Shown: in pieces, positions 11,018-20,769 of the stretch
Layout: the number at the start of each line of letters is the position of its first letter
Position numbering within the stretch: the stretch's first letter is position 1
From: an uncultured bacterium
GTDB lineage: Bacteria; Actinomycetota; Acidimicrobiia; Spongiisociales; UBA5794
Direction of reading: 5' to 3'
Assembly: GCA_963801165.1 (NCBI GenBank)
Contig: CAWDDT010000013.1
Span: 239,209-303,208 of the forward strand
Length of the DNA: 64,000 nt
Notes under the pieces: generated by a model
The model's input: only the letters and a program-made list of their open reading frames with translations
What the model was told of the DNA's origin: nothing
Databases searched by the model: none
Position numbers and translations under genes: made by a program

Positions 11018-13369
11018 CTACGGACCGAGCGCCCGATGCAGGAACGCTGCCATCTGGGCCCTGGTAACCGGATCGTTGGGACAGAACATGTCGTTGGTTG
11101 GAGGGTTGCAGCCCTTGGTGATCTCTGCCGCGGCCAGCTTGGCGATATCGCCTTCGAACACCGAACCGTCGTCATCGACGAACGAGTTGCCCCCGCCGTC
11201 GTCGGTCAGCCCCAACGCCCGTACCAGGAACGCCGCCATCTGACCCCTGGTCACCGAATCATTCGGGCAGAACATGTCGTTGACCGGGGGATTGCAACCC
11301 TTGGTAACGCCGACTGCACCTAGCCAGTCGATGTCGGCCGCAAACACCGAGCCGGATGAATCGTTGAACGTCACCGGGGCCCCGGCGGTGAGCACGCCGC
11401 CGAGCGCCCGATGCAGAAACGCCGCCATCTGGCCCCTGGTCACCGAATCACTGGGACAGAACAGAGTGTTGGTCGGCGGATTGCAGCCCTTGGTGATTCC
11501 CTCTGCTGCCAACCACTCCACATCGGCGTAGAAGGTATGCGTGCTTGGCACGTCGTCAAATGTAGGAGCCGGCGGCGGCTCGACCACATCGGTGACGTTG
11601 ATGGTGATGGTTGCGGTGTCGCTCAACGAGCCGTCGCTCACCAGCACGGTGAGGACGTACTGGGGGGTGGTTTCGAAGTCGAGTGCGGTCGTGGTGGTGA
11701 TCACACCTGTCGCCGGGTCGATTGCGAACGCATTGCCGGTGTTCCCCGCAGTGATGGAGTACTCGAGAGTGCCGGAACCCGTCGCAGTCACCGTTCCCAC
11801 GTTCGTTCCCACTGCGGCATCTTCGGCCACGCTGAAGCCAGCGTCGCCTACGACGACGGGCACACCGCAGGCAGCCGGGGCGCTGGTGAGCCACGGGGTG
11901 AAGTCGATGGCGGAACTCACGCTGTCACCCGCTCCGGTACCTGCGCCAGAGGGCCCTGACGCACTCCCCCACCAGTTGTTCTCGAGAGTGACGCCGCTGC
12001 CGGTGGTGTTGGTTGCCCCGGCAGTGTTGCCCGCGATGCAGTTGCCGATCGAACCGCTGCCGACAGCGGCGGTGTCAGCCAGCGACAACCCTGCGGTCGT
12101 GGAGCCGACAATCCGGTTGTTCGAAATCACAGACGACCCGACGCCAAACAACTTGATCGACGTGCCGTTCGGACGGGAGCTGCCATCGGGACCGGCTCCG
12201 AGCACGTTGCCGTCGACCAGAAAGCCGATGCCAGCCGTGTCGCCGCTCACGGCGATTCCGACGCTCGCTGCACCGATGTAGTTGTCCCGGATCTCGTTGC
12301 CGCTCGACGTTGCCAGGAGACCGTTGACCTCAACAGCGGTGGTCATAGGCGCAACCGCGCCGGTTGGGGTGATACCGAACACGTTGCCGACAACCTCATT
12401 GTCGACAATCGGGAACGTCGACCCATCGATAAGGACCCCTGTAGCGCCACCGAAGTAATTGCGCTCGAGATCGTCGGAGGTACCGTCCATATTGCTGCCC
12501 ACCACGTTCCCGGTGGCGATCTGACGCATGAACACCGGCCCGCCGCCGAGCTGGGTTGCCCCGTCTGCGGTGAACCCGATGTAGTTGCCTGCCACCGTGT
12601 GGTCGCTGCTACCGGAATCGCCGTTGATGTATATGGCTTGGGGCCCGGTATCACCGAAGACGTTGCGTTCCGCAAGGTCGTCGATGCCGTCACCGTCGGT
12701 CCCGATGATCACATGCGACGCGTCGACCTCGAGATCGATCTGGTTGGTGAAGTCACCCGTGCCGAGGTGATTCTCGCCGGGGCCGTCGAGGGCGAAATGG
12801 TTGCATGCGATCTGGTGGCCCGTTCCGTTGTTCATGAAGATGCCCGGGGTGAAGAAGGTGGAATCGTTGCTCCCGAATGCGAAGCCCCGGACGGTTGTAG
12901 CGCCGGTGGCGTTCTCGACGCTGAAGACGGTGGCGCTACCAGACGTGGGGTCGCTGACGATCTCGATTCGCATATACGACGGCTCGGTTTCGGTCGCACA
13001 CACATTGGGCTGCGGGGCGTCGTTCTGCGGCTGGGTGGTCCCATCGAGGTTCACCGCGTCGGTGACCGTCATCGGACCTTCGGTGAGAGTGAGCCGGCAC
13101 ACGCCACCGGGGCAGGAGGCGGCCGGGATGTCGAAGTCGATCGTGTCGACCCCGACGTTGGCGTTGGCGGCAGCCACCGCACCACGCAGGCTGCAGTCAC
13201 CTGCCGCTGCGGTACATGCGCTCAACGCCGCGCTGTCGACGACGGTGTCGACCACATACGGGGTGGCGGCTGCCGCAGGCGGGGCGGTGATGACGGTGAC
13301 GAGCGGTGATGCGGCCAGGATCGCGGCAGCGACCCAGGCTGTGAGACGACGGCGAGAGGCTGCTGACAT
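11018..13369 (-). CDS. Secreted CSLREA-like/cadherin/SLH surface protein (paralog 2)
   Basis: Colinear with 6802-9147; same motifs; similar upstream leader. Confidence 0.88.
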   Translation of the reverse strand: MSAASRRRLTAWVAAAILAASPLVTVITAPPAAAATPYVVDTVVDSAALSACTAAAGDCSLRGAVAAANANVGVDTIDFDIPAASCPGGVCRLTLTEGPMTVTDAVNLDGTTQPQNDAPQPNVCATETEPSYMRIEIVSDPTSGSATVFSVENATGATTVRGFAFGSNDSTFFTPGIFMNNGTGHQIACNHFALDGPGENHLGTGDFTNQIDLEVDASHVIIGTDGDGIDDLAERNVFGDTGPQAIYINGDSGSSDHTVAGNYIGFTADGATQLGGGPVFMRQIATGNVVGSNMDGTSDDLERNYFGGATGVLIDGSTFPIVDNEVVGNVFGITPTGAVAPMTTAVEVNGLLATSSGNEIRDNYIGAASVGIAVSGDTAGIGFLVDGNVLGAGPDGSSRPNGTSIKLFGVGSSVISNNRIVGSTTAGLSLADTAAVGSGSIGNCIAGNTAGATNTTGSGVTLENNWWGSASGPSGAGTGAGDSVSSAIDFTPWLTSAPAACGVPVVVGDAGFSVAEDAAVGTNVGTVTATGSGTLEYSITAGNTGNAFAIDPATGVITTTTALDFETTPQYVLTVLVSDGSLSDTATITINVTDVVEPPPAPTFDDVPSTHTFYADVEWLAAEGITKGCNPPTNTLFCPSDSVTRGQMAAFLHRALGGVLTAGAPVTFNDSSGSVFAADIDWLGAVGVTKGCNPPVNDMFCPNDSVTRGQMAAFLVRALGLTDDGGGNSFVDDDGSVFEGDIAKLAAAEITKGCNPPTNDMFCPNDPVTRAQMAAFLHRALGP

Positions 13370-13454
13370 TTCCCTACCTTCGATCCTCGACGTGACCCTT
13401 GCGAAGCTAGCCGATGCTGGAGCAATGTGGTGGGCTCATCAGGCTATTGGCGTT

Positions 13455-13655
13455 TCACATGTCGGCCGGCAGTAGACAGAAGGGCTTTTCGGTGTCGATG
13501 CAGACGGTGCCGAAATGTCGCTCGCCGAGGGTCAGGATGTCGAGGGTGTGATGCCGGTGGGCGAGGAGCACGACTGAGACATCCGCTGCCCGATCCTGAG
13601 CTCGCGGCAGCGATCGGCCATCGTGCGGATGGCTGCGATGTCGCCCGCTTCGAGC
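13455..13655 (-). pseudogene. C-terminal remnant of a PIN/VapC toxin
   Basis: Reads (with a frameshift) LEAGDIAAI...ADVSVVLLAHRHHTLDILTLGERHF...PFCLLPADM*, typical of an actinobacterial VapC C-terminus. Confidence 0.55.
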
Positions 13656-13698
13656 ACAGCAAGGGCCCGGTACATATGCAGTGAGGCACCATCCGGGG

Positions 13699-13829
13699 TT
13701 CAGGCGATACGGGTCACACCGGGGATGGCGTCGAATGCGCAGTCGAAGGTCAGGATCCGAGTGCAACCCAGCCGGCGCATCGTGGCGACATGGATGGCGT
13801 GACGGGCAGACACGCCGACACCGGCGAGC
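13699..13829 (-). pseudogene. 3' fragment of the vapC found at 25743-26138
   Basis: Near-identical DNA to ~25743-25872. Confidence 0.75.
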
Positions 13830-13863
13830 GGCCAGATCGTCACGATGTCAACGGATTGCCGCG

Positions 13864-14235
13864 TCATCTGGCCCGGATCCTGCCGTCCCTGATCTCCAGG
13901 ACCTGACCCGGCGTGAACCCGGCGGCCAGACGCAGCTGCTCACCGGCCAACTCCGCCACCCAACCGTCGTCGTCATCGTCCCCGAGAAAACCCTGACGTC
14001 TGATCGCGTCACGGAACACCCCGACATAGCTCCTGGTGTCGAGCCCGGGATTGTCGATGACCGCAAAGGTGGTAGTTGCCTTCGAGCTGGCCAAACCGGC
14101 CATAGCGCGGTCACAGCCACAGTCGGGACAGTCGCAGCGATCGAAAGGCAGGCGCACCAGCTCGCCATCGACCGTCCAACTGAAGTCGTCCGAACGCTTC
14201 TTGGCACCGGGGCCGGCGGCTACAAAGACCTTCAT
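13864..14235 (-). CDS. Conserved actinobacterial Cys-rich hypothetical protein (copy 1)
   Basis: GAGGAGG RBS; DFSWTVDGELV..CDCPDCGCDRAMAGLASSKATTT. Confidence 0.75.
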   Translation of the reverse strand: MKVFVAAGPGAKKRSDDFSWTVDGELVRLPFDRCDCPDCGCDRAMAGLASSKATTTFAVIDNPGLDTRSYVGVFRDAIRRQGFLGDDDDDGWVAELAGEQLRLAAGFTPGQVLEIRDGRIRAR

Positions 14236-14374
14236 CGAATCCTCCTCGTGATGGGTAATGCCAAGGTACGGACCGGTAATGACACGTTCTGCCGGAGCGC
14301 CCGAGCGTCATCCAATCGCCGCGTATTCGCGCCGTGGTGGGTTCCGTGTCCGTCCTATGCGATAGGGTGCCAAG

Positions 14375-16567
14375 ATGCGTGATGACGACCGCCGGGCTAT
14401 CCAGCAAGACAGGCTCGAGGCACTCCGTAGCGGGGGCGTCGATGCGATCGCGGCGCTGTTCGAACGGGCACCGGCGATCGCCGAGTTGGTGCAGGACACC
14501 GGCCCGCTGGCGGCGTGGCGTCCCTCGTCTGAGAACTGGACCGCAAAGCGCCTCGCCGCCGAGCTGACCAGGACGAGCAACACGGTGGCGCTGCTGGCAC
14601 ACCTCGACCGCACCCAGCAACAGCTGATCGGGTTGGCCAAATGGATGGGTGGGGCCCTCACCCGGGAACACGCAATCGCCGAGTCCGGGCTCGACCCCGA
14701 GATCCTCGACAACGCAGTAGCGGCAATGGCGGATCTGCTGTTGATCGACCCCGCAGCGGGCTGGCTGGCACTCCGGCCCGGCGTTGCCGACATGCTCCGG
14801 CTCCCGGGTGTCGTGTTTCGTGACGGAGCGGAGTACATCACGAGCGCCGATCTCGCGACCCTTTGCCGCAATCTCGGAATCAATCCGGGCCGGTTGAAGA
14901 CCGAGCGGGTCGACGCCATCGAGGCTGCTATCCGTGATCCCGACATCGTGCTGAAGAGCCTGCGTGCACTCGGTCCGGCAGCAGAGACGGCCTTCAATCG
15001 GATCGGAGCCGAAGAAGCGTTTGACCTCGATCATCTCTGGGACGACCTCGACCGCAGCCGGGACGCCTACGACCGATACGCCGAGCGGAAGCAAACAGTC
15101 ATCGACTTGCACTCGCTCGGGCTCGTCGGGCTGAACCTGTACGAGCACCGGGCATGGGTGTGGCTCGACGTGCAGGTGGCATTGCGGGGCCGGTTGTTCG
15201 ACACCTGGGATCGCGTGAAGCTCGAGTTCGTCCCGGCACCGGGTAATGCCGACGTGCGGATACCGGCCATTGTCGGCGTGGCCGAGCGCGTCGTCGCCCA
15301 TCTGTCGTCGAACCCGCAGCCGGCACTCAAGAGCGGCGGTATCGGCAGTAATGCCGTCAAGGCGCTGGCCAGGGCAGTCGGGTTGCCCTCCCCTACCACC
15401 GGGCTTGCGCTGGCACTCCTCATCGAGCTGCGGCTGCTGGGGACGGTCGTTACCGAAGCGACCGGCAGGGGCCGCAACCGAAACGTGGTCGAGGAATGGC
15501 GGCCGATCAGCAGCGACGGGTGGCGTTCGTCTGCGCCCGTCGACCGGTGGCTGCGGCTGGTTTCGACGTGGGCACAGAGCGTCCGGCTGCCGCTCACCGA
15601 AGCGCCATTGCAGCGCCATGACCTGAAAGATGAGGGTGGTTATCCGCCGCTGGCGCGAGGGCTGCTGCTGCGGGCGCTTCGCCACATCCCCGAGGGTGCC
15701 GCCGTGGACCGCAAGCAGTTTGCCCGCTGGTTTGCGTTCAGATATCCGACGATGTGCACACCCGCCATTGCCGACCAACTGGTCGATCAGGCCCGGATCC
15801 TCGGGCTTCTCGACGGCACCGATCACATCGTCCCGACGCCTCTCGCCCGTCACTGGCTGGCCGGCGAAGACCTCCATGCCGTCGTCGCTGCCGGTAGCGG
15901 GGGGTTTGTGGTGCAGGCCGATCACACCATCATCGCCCCACCCGACCTGTCGCATGAGGTGACGGTGCGGCTTCATCAGATCGCCGCCCTCGAATCGGAC
16001 CACGGTGCTCATGTCTACCGGATCGACGACCACACCCTGACTCCCGCGTTCGACGCCGATTACGACGCCGACGACATCCTGGCCTTCCTCGCCGACCACT
16101 CGACGGTCGCGATACCTGAGGTGGTGGAGCGGACGGTCCGCGACGCCGCCGCCCGTCACGGGCGTCTCCGTGTGGGGTCGACGACCACCTGGATCGCCAG
16201 TGACGACCCGGTGATGCTGTCAAACGCGGTTGCGGTCAAGCGAGCCCGGCTCACCGCCGTGTCGCCGACGGCAGCCGTCAGCGAGCTTCCCCGCAACAAG
16301 GTGGTGGCGGCGCTGCGGGCCGCCGGTATTGCCGCGGTGGACGAGAGCGTGAGAGACGACCAGCAGCAACCGAAGTCACCCGTGCAGATTTGGGGGGCGA
16401 GGACCGAGTACCCCACCATCGATCTCAACATCGACGCTCATCGGTTGGCCGCCGCTCTCGAAGACGGGACCGTCGAACCGGCCGGGCCCCTGCCCGACCC
16501 ACGTCAGTGGTGGCGAGATGCGCAATGGGACGATGACTTCGACGCAGACTTGCTCGACAGCATATGA
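14375..16567 (+). CDS. XPB-associated protein with helicase-associated (XPB N-terminal-like) domain, Rv0862c-like
   Basis: VVQADHTIIAPPDL...LESDHGAHVYRI motif; ATGA overlap with XPB gene. Confidence 0.82.
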   Translation: MRDDDRRAIQQDRLEALRSGGVDAIAALFERAPAIAELVQDTGPLAAWRPSSENWTAKRLAAELTRTSNTVALLAHLDRTQQQLIGLAKWMGGALTREHAIAESGLDPEILDNAVAAMADLLLIDPAAGWLALRPGVADMLRLPGVVFRDGAEYITSADLATLCRNLGINPGRLKTERVDAIEAAIRDPDIVLKSLRALGPAAETAFNRIGAEEAFDLDHLWDDLDRSRDAYDRYAERKQTVIDLHSLGLVGLNLYEHRAWVWLDVQVALRGRLFDTWDRVKLEFVPAPGNADVRIPAIVGVAERVVAHLSSNPQPALKSGGIGSNAVKALARAVGLPSPTTGLALALLIELRLLGTVVTEATGRGRNRNVVEEWRPISSDGWRSSAPVDRWLRLVSTWAQSVRLPLTEAPLQRHDLKDEGGYPPLARGLLLRALRHIPEGAAVDRKQFARWFAFRYPTMCTPAIADQLVDQARILGLLDGTDHIVPTPLARHWLAGEDLHAVVAAGSGGFVVQADHTIIAPPDLSHEVTVRLHQIAALESDHGAHVYRIDDHTLTPAFDADYDADDILAFLADHSTVAIPEVVERTVRDAAARHGRLRVGSTTTWIASDDPVMLSNAVAVKRARLTAVSPTAAVSELPRNKVVAALRAAGIAAVDESVRDDQQQPKSPVQIWGARTEYPTIDLNIDAHRLAAALEDGTVEPAGPLPDPRQWWRDAQWDDDFDADLLDSI

Positions 16568-18261
16568 CCGACCCCACCAACCCGCTGATCATCCAGTCCG
16601 ATCTGACGGTGCTACTCGAGGTGGCCGCACCGAAGGCCGGTGAGGCGCGAGCGGCGCTGGCCCGCTTTGCGGAGCTGGAGAAATCGCCCGAGCACATCCA
16701 CACCTACCGGATCACCCCGCTCAGCCTATGGAATGCAGCTTCGGCCGGCGTTACCAGCGACGAGGTCACGGCAGCGCTGACCGGGCTGGCCAAGTATCCA
16801 GTTCCCCCGTCGGTGCTCGCAGAGGTGGGCGATCAGATGGGTCGCTACGGACGGCTGGTGATCGTTCGCGATTTCGACAGCGGCGGGCTGGCAATCACCA
16901 CGGCGGAGCCGGCCATCCTCGAGGAAGTGGTCAGGGAGAAGTCGGTCGCCGAGTTGGTGGGGGAACGCCTCGACGGGAATCGGTTCGCGGTGCGGCTGGG
17001 TGACCGTGGTGCCCTGAAACAGGCGCTGCTGCGTCTCGGCTGGCCACCGGCGGACGAGGCCGGATACACCGAGGGCGACGTTCTCGACATCGAGCTGACC
17101 TGCCGGCTGCGTGGCTACCAGGGCGATGCGGTCGCCGCCTGGTGGGCCGACGGTTCGCCTGCGGGCGGCAACGGCACGCTTGTGCTTCCCTGCGGTGCCG
17201 GCAAGACCATCATCGGCATGGCCGCCATCGCCCAGAGCCGTGCCCACACCCTCATCGTCGCCACTTCGATCTCGGCCGCAAGACAGTGGATCCGGGAACT
17301 CGGGGACAAAACGGACATCGATATGTCGCTGGTCGGCGAATACTCGGGAGACCGCAAGGAGATCCGCCCCATCACTATCGCCACCTATCAGGTGCTCACC
17401 TGGGCGAACCCGTCGATCGACCGGAAAGCCGACCTGTTCGAACGGCATCCGCATCTCGCCCTGTTCGACCGGCAACAGTGGGGGCTGGTCGTCTACGACG
17501 AGGTGCACCTGCTGCCCGCACCGGTGTTCCGGGCCGCCGCCCGGATCCAGGCGGTGCGGCGTCTCGGGCTGACCGCCACCCTGGTGCGGGAGGATGGCAA
17601 GGAGAGTGACGTCTTCTCGCTGATCGGCCCAAAGCGTTATGACGCCCCGTGGAAGGAGTTGGAGGCTCAAGGTTGGATCGCACCTGCCGCCTGCACCGAG
17701 GTGCGGGTCGAGCTGACGGCCGAGGAGCGGATGGAATATGCGCTCACCGACCCCAAGCGCCGCTACCGGACCGCAGCAACCGCGCCCGCCAAGATGGCCG
17801 TTGTCAAACAGCTCGCCGAGCGTCACGCCGACGATCAGGTCTTGATCATCGGCCAGTACCTCGACCAGCTGCGCGACGTTGCCAGAATGCTCGACGCCCC
17901 CATCATCACCGGCCAAACCGCCCAGTCCGTGCGGGATCAACGCTTCGACGCGTTCCGCACCGGCGAGCTGCGCAGGCTCGTCGTATCGAAGGTGGCCAAC
18001 TTCTCCATCGACCTGCCCAACGCCAACGTGGCCATCCAGATCTCAGGAACCTTCGGCAGCCGTCAGGAGGAAGCCCAGAGGCTGGGACGGATCCTCCGGC
18101 CGGACGTCGACGGCCTGGTCTCCCACTTCTACACCATCGTCTCCCGGGAAACGGTCGACCAACGCTTCGCCGCCAACCGGCAACGCTTCCTGGCCGAGCA
18201 GGGCTATGCCTACTTCATCGTCGACGCCGACCAACTCGAGACCCTCCCCCCCGGGATGTGA
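16564..18261 (+). CDS. xpb: DNA repair helicase XPB/ERCC3 family
   Basis: PLIIQSDLTVLLE, LPCGAGKT, DEVH, GLTAT, SRQEEAQRLGRILRP. Confidence 0.95.
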   Translation: MTDPTNPLIIQSDLTVLLEVAAPKAGEARAALARFAELEKSPEHIHTYRITPLSLWNAASAGVTSDEVTAALTGLAKYPVPPSVLAEVGDQMGRYGRLVIVRDFDSGGLAITTAEPAILEEVVREKSVAELVGERLDGNRFAVRLGDRGALKQALLRLGWPPADEAGYTEGDVLDIELTCRLRGYQGDAVAAWWADGSPAGGNGTLVLPCGAGKTIIGMAAIAQSRAHTLIVATSISAARQWIRELGDKTDIDMSLVGEYSGDRKEIRPITIATYQVLTWANPSIDRKADLFERHPHLALFDRQQWGLVVYDEVHLLPAPVFRAAARIQAVRRLGLTATLVREDGKESDVFSLIGPKRYDAPWKELEAQGWIAPAACTEVRVELTAEERMEYALTDPKRRYRTAATAPAKMAVVKQLAERHADDQVLIIGQYLDQLRDVARMLDAPIITGQTAQSVRDQRFDAFRTGELRRLVVSKVANFSIDLPNANVAIQISGTFGSRQEEAQRLGRILRPDVDGLVSHFYTIVSRETVDQRFAANRQRFLAEQGYAYFIVDADQLETLPPGM

Positions 18262-18362
18262 GTTCCGTTTCCCCTGCGGAGAGGAGGGCCGACCACCCAT
18301 CACAGCAAAGGTGGTGGTTCCTTCGACGTGCCGGTAGACCCTGCACCAGAGAGTCGAGCGGT

Positions 18363-19601
18363 TCACGCAGGGAAGCGAGAGATCGCCAGCCGGGCGTTGA
18401 TCCGGATCGCTCCGATAAGGATCAGCACCGCGGCGGCGGTGGCGAAGTTGGCCAGCCATTCGTAACCGACCGCGGCCTTGACGAAGCCCGACGAGAATGC
18501 GGCGGTCGCACCGAGAAGGCTCATCATCACGTCCGCGAGTCCCTGGGCATCGACCCGATGCACCTCGGGAAGGCTCTCGGTGAGTAGGGCCGAGCCGGAG
18601 ATCAGCGCCACACTCCAGCCGACGCCCAGCAGAAACAGCCCGATGAACATGAGCGCAGGCACGTAACCGGCGATGACCACGGAGACGGTCCCTGCGGCAA
18701 GGATGAGTGCCCCCACCTGTAGCGACCGGATGCGGCCGAAGCGGTCCGCCCAGCGCCCGATCAGCGGTGCCAGCCCGAACATGCCGAAGATGTGCACCGC
18801 GATGACCAGGGTGGACAGCTCGGCCTGGCCGTGGTCCTTCATCTGGAGGGGTGTCATCGTCATCACCGCGACCATTGCCATCTGGCTGACCGCCATCGCC
18901 ACGATCGCCAACCGGGCTCCCAGGTTGGGCCACACGACCCGCAGGGTGCGGGTGACACCGTGGATCGGGTTGTAGCGGGGAGCCTCCGGGTCGATGCCAC
19001 CGGCAACCTCGAGCGGGTCGGGCCGCAGCCACGTGTTGATGATGAGCCCGGCTGCGGCGAAGCCGACCACACCGAGCAGGGCCGGGGTCACCCATTCGTG
19101 GATCCCGAAGCCGGTGCCGATGCGGTTCACCCACGCCGCCGACGGGGAACCGATGACGGCACCGACGGTGCCCACCCACACGACCATGGCGATGGAACGG
19201 GCTCGCATATGCTCGTCGGCGAGGTCGGCGGCAACAAACCGGTTCTGCAGGTTCGAGGTGTTGCCCACACCCATCGCCGCCATAGCGACAACCAGCAGCC
19301 AGAACAGGTCGAGCTGCCCGGCGACAAACGCCGCAGCGCAGCCGATCACAGCAACCAGGTAGCCGAGCCGGAGCCCGACCCGACGCCCGTATCGTTTCGA
19401 CCGCTGCGCAAGCGGAGCTGCCGCAAACGCGGTACCCAGGGTGGCGGCCGCAGCCGGGATGCCGGCAATGCTGTCGTTGCCGGTCATCTCGGATGCAAGC
19501 AGAGCAGCCACCGCAACAACTGCGACGAATCCTGCATACCCGGAGGCATTGGCCGCCATGACCGTCGCCACGGTGCGTTTCTGGAGTTGCTGCCGATCCA
19601 C
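18363..19601 (-). CDS. MFS transporter
   Basis: ~12 hydrophobic segments, GRWADRFGR loop motif, MVAVMTMTP. Confidence 0.9.
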   Translation of the reverse strand: MDRQQLQKRTVATVMAANASGYAGFVAVVAVAALLASEMTGNDSIAGIPAAAATLGTAFAAAPLAQRSKRYGRRVGLRLGYLVAVIGCAAAFVAGQLDLFWLLVVAMAAMGVGNTSNLQNRFVAADLADEHMRARSIAMVVWVGTVGAVIGSPSAAWVNRIGTGFGIHEWVTPALLGVVGFAAAGLIINTWLRPDPLEVAGGIDPEAPRYNPIHGVTRTLRVVWPNLGARLAIVAMAVSQMAMVAVMTMTPLQMKDHGQAELSTLVIAVHIFGMFGLAPLIGRWADRFGRIRSLQVGALILAAGTVSVVIAGYVPALMFIGLFLLGVGWSVALISGSALLTESLPEVHRVDAQGLADVMMSLLGATAAFSSGFVKAAVGYEWLANFATAAAVLILIGAIRINARLAISRFPA

Positions 19602-19709
19602 GCAGGAAGGCTAGACGCCGATCTTCCCCGGTCACCACAACATCGACCACTCAAATGCACTCGAAACCCTTGCGACGGGCGCTACCGGGCACCCGCTCGT
19701 AACGGCTGG

Positions 19710-20768
19710 CTACGGGAACCACTCCGCCGGTGTGGCGAACGTGGCCGTGTACTTCGCCGGGTCCTGGCCCTCGTACCAGGGCATCGTCTTTGGCGACCTG
19801 TAGTTGAACACCAGCTCGGGAGGGCCACCTTGATGGTGCTTCAGCACGAGCTTGATTGCGTTCTCGTCCGGGTGCCCGTAGAACTGGCTGCTCGAGGAGA
19901 TCAGGTACCGCTTCGTACGGACCAGCTTGATCACATTCTTGGTGATGTTGCTGAAGCTGCCGTGATGGGGCAGCTTGAAGTCGCGAACCTCGAGCGGCCC
20001 TCCGTGATCGGCCGCATACCGGGATAGGGCTCGCTCGAGCACCGGGGCGTGAGCGTCTCCCGTCAGCAACGCCACAGTCCCCCCGTGCTCTGCGATCACG
20101 GCGATGCTCGACCCGTTGGCGGCCTTGTCGTCGGGCTTCTCGCCGAGCACACCCGCGGGCGGTCCGTAGCGGGCTCGTTTCTCCAGCTCGGCGAGCACAC
20201 TGTCCCGGTCGCGAGGGCCGGTGAAACCGGAGCTGGTCAGACTCTTCGGCCATTCCTTGCGCAGCTCCTCTAGCTCCAACGGGCCCGGCGAGACGAGGGT
20301 CAGCCGGATGTCGCCTTCGAGCTCGAAGATGGGCAGCTTTCCGTCGGCGTGCACCATCACCGGGCCACCGCCCAGTTTCTCGTGGGCGTTCCAGCGCATT
20401 CCCTTCTCCTCGAGGAGTGCCCCGAGCATCTCGCCCTGGAGTGCTCCGAGCACGCCGGTTGCCCCCTTCTGGATGTGCTTCCACCCGTTGAACCAGACGT
20501 CCTTGAACTTGATCGCCTCGAGCTCGGGATCCTGGAGCAACTTGATGATGCCATCGATGTGGTCGGTATCGACGTGGGTGACGATGAGCAGCTCAAAGTT
20601 GGTTTCGCCCCGATCCCGCAGCTCGCCGAGCCGTTTGCGGATCCCCCAATCACCCTCGTAGGCAAACCACGGACCCCCGTCGATGAGGATCCGGCGCACC
20701 GGGTTGTCGCCGTAGCGGACGATCAGGGCGTCACCGTGCCCGGCGGCCAGCATCTCTACTTCGAGCAA
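19710..20768 (-). CDS. MBL-fold metallohydrolase (ComEC/Rec2-like)
   Basis: GHGDA, ILIDGG, THVDTDHIDG, LLTGDA, KLPHHGS, GHP. Confidence 0.9.
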   Translation of the reverse strand: MLEVEMLAAGHGDALIVRYGDNPVRRILIDGGPWFAYEGDWGIRKRLGELRDRGETNFELLIVTHVDTDHIDGIIKLLQDPELEAIKFKDVWFNGWKHIQKGATGVLGALQGEMLGALLEEKGMRWNAHEKLGGGPVMVHADGKLPIFELEGDIRLTLVSPGPLELEELRKEWPKSLTSSGFTGPRDRDSVLAELEKRARYGPPAGVLGEKPDDKAANGSSIAVIAEHGGTVALLTGDAHAPVLERALSRYAADHGGPLEVRDFKLPHHGSFSNITKNVIKLVRTKRYLISSSSQFYGHPDENAIKLVLKHHQGGPPELVFNYRSPKTMPWYEGQDPAKYTATFATPAEWFP

Positions 20769-20769
20769 T

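Noticed and set aside
14111-16159. 682-aa minus-strand ORF
   Set aside because: Antisense shadow of the XPB-associated gene; typical high-GC artefact with no motifs.
14375-18261. XPB + partner as a novel system
   Set aside because: Widespread, known actinobacterial gene pair (Rv0861c/Rv0862c-like).
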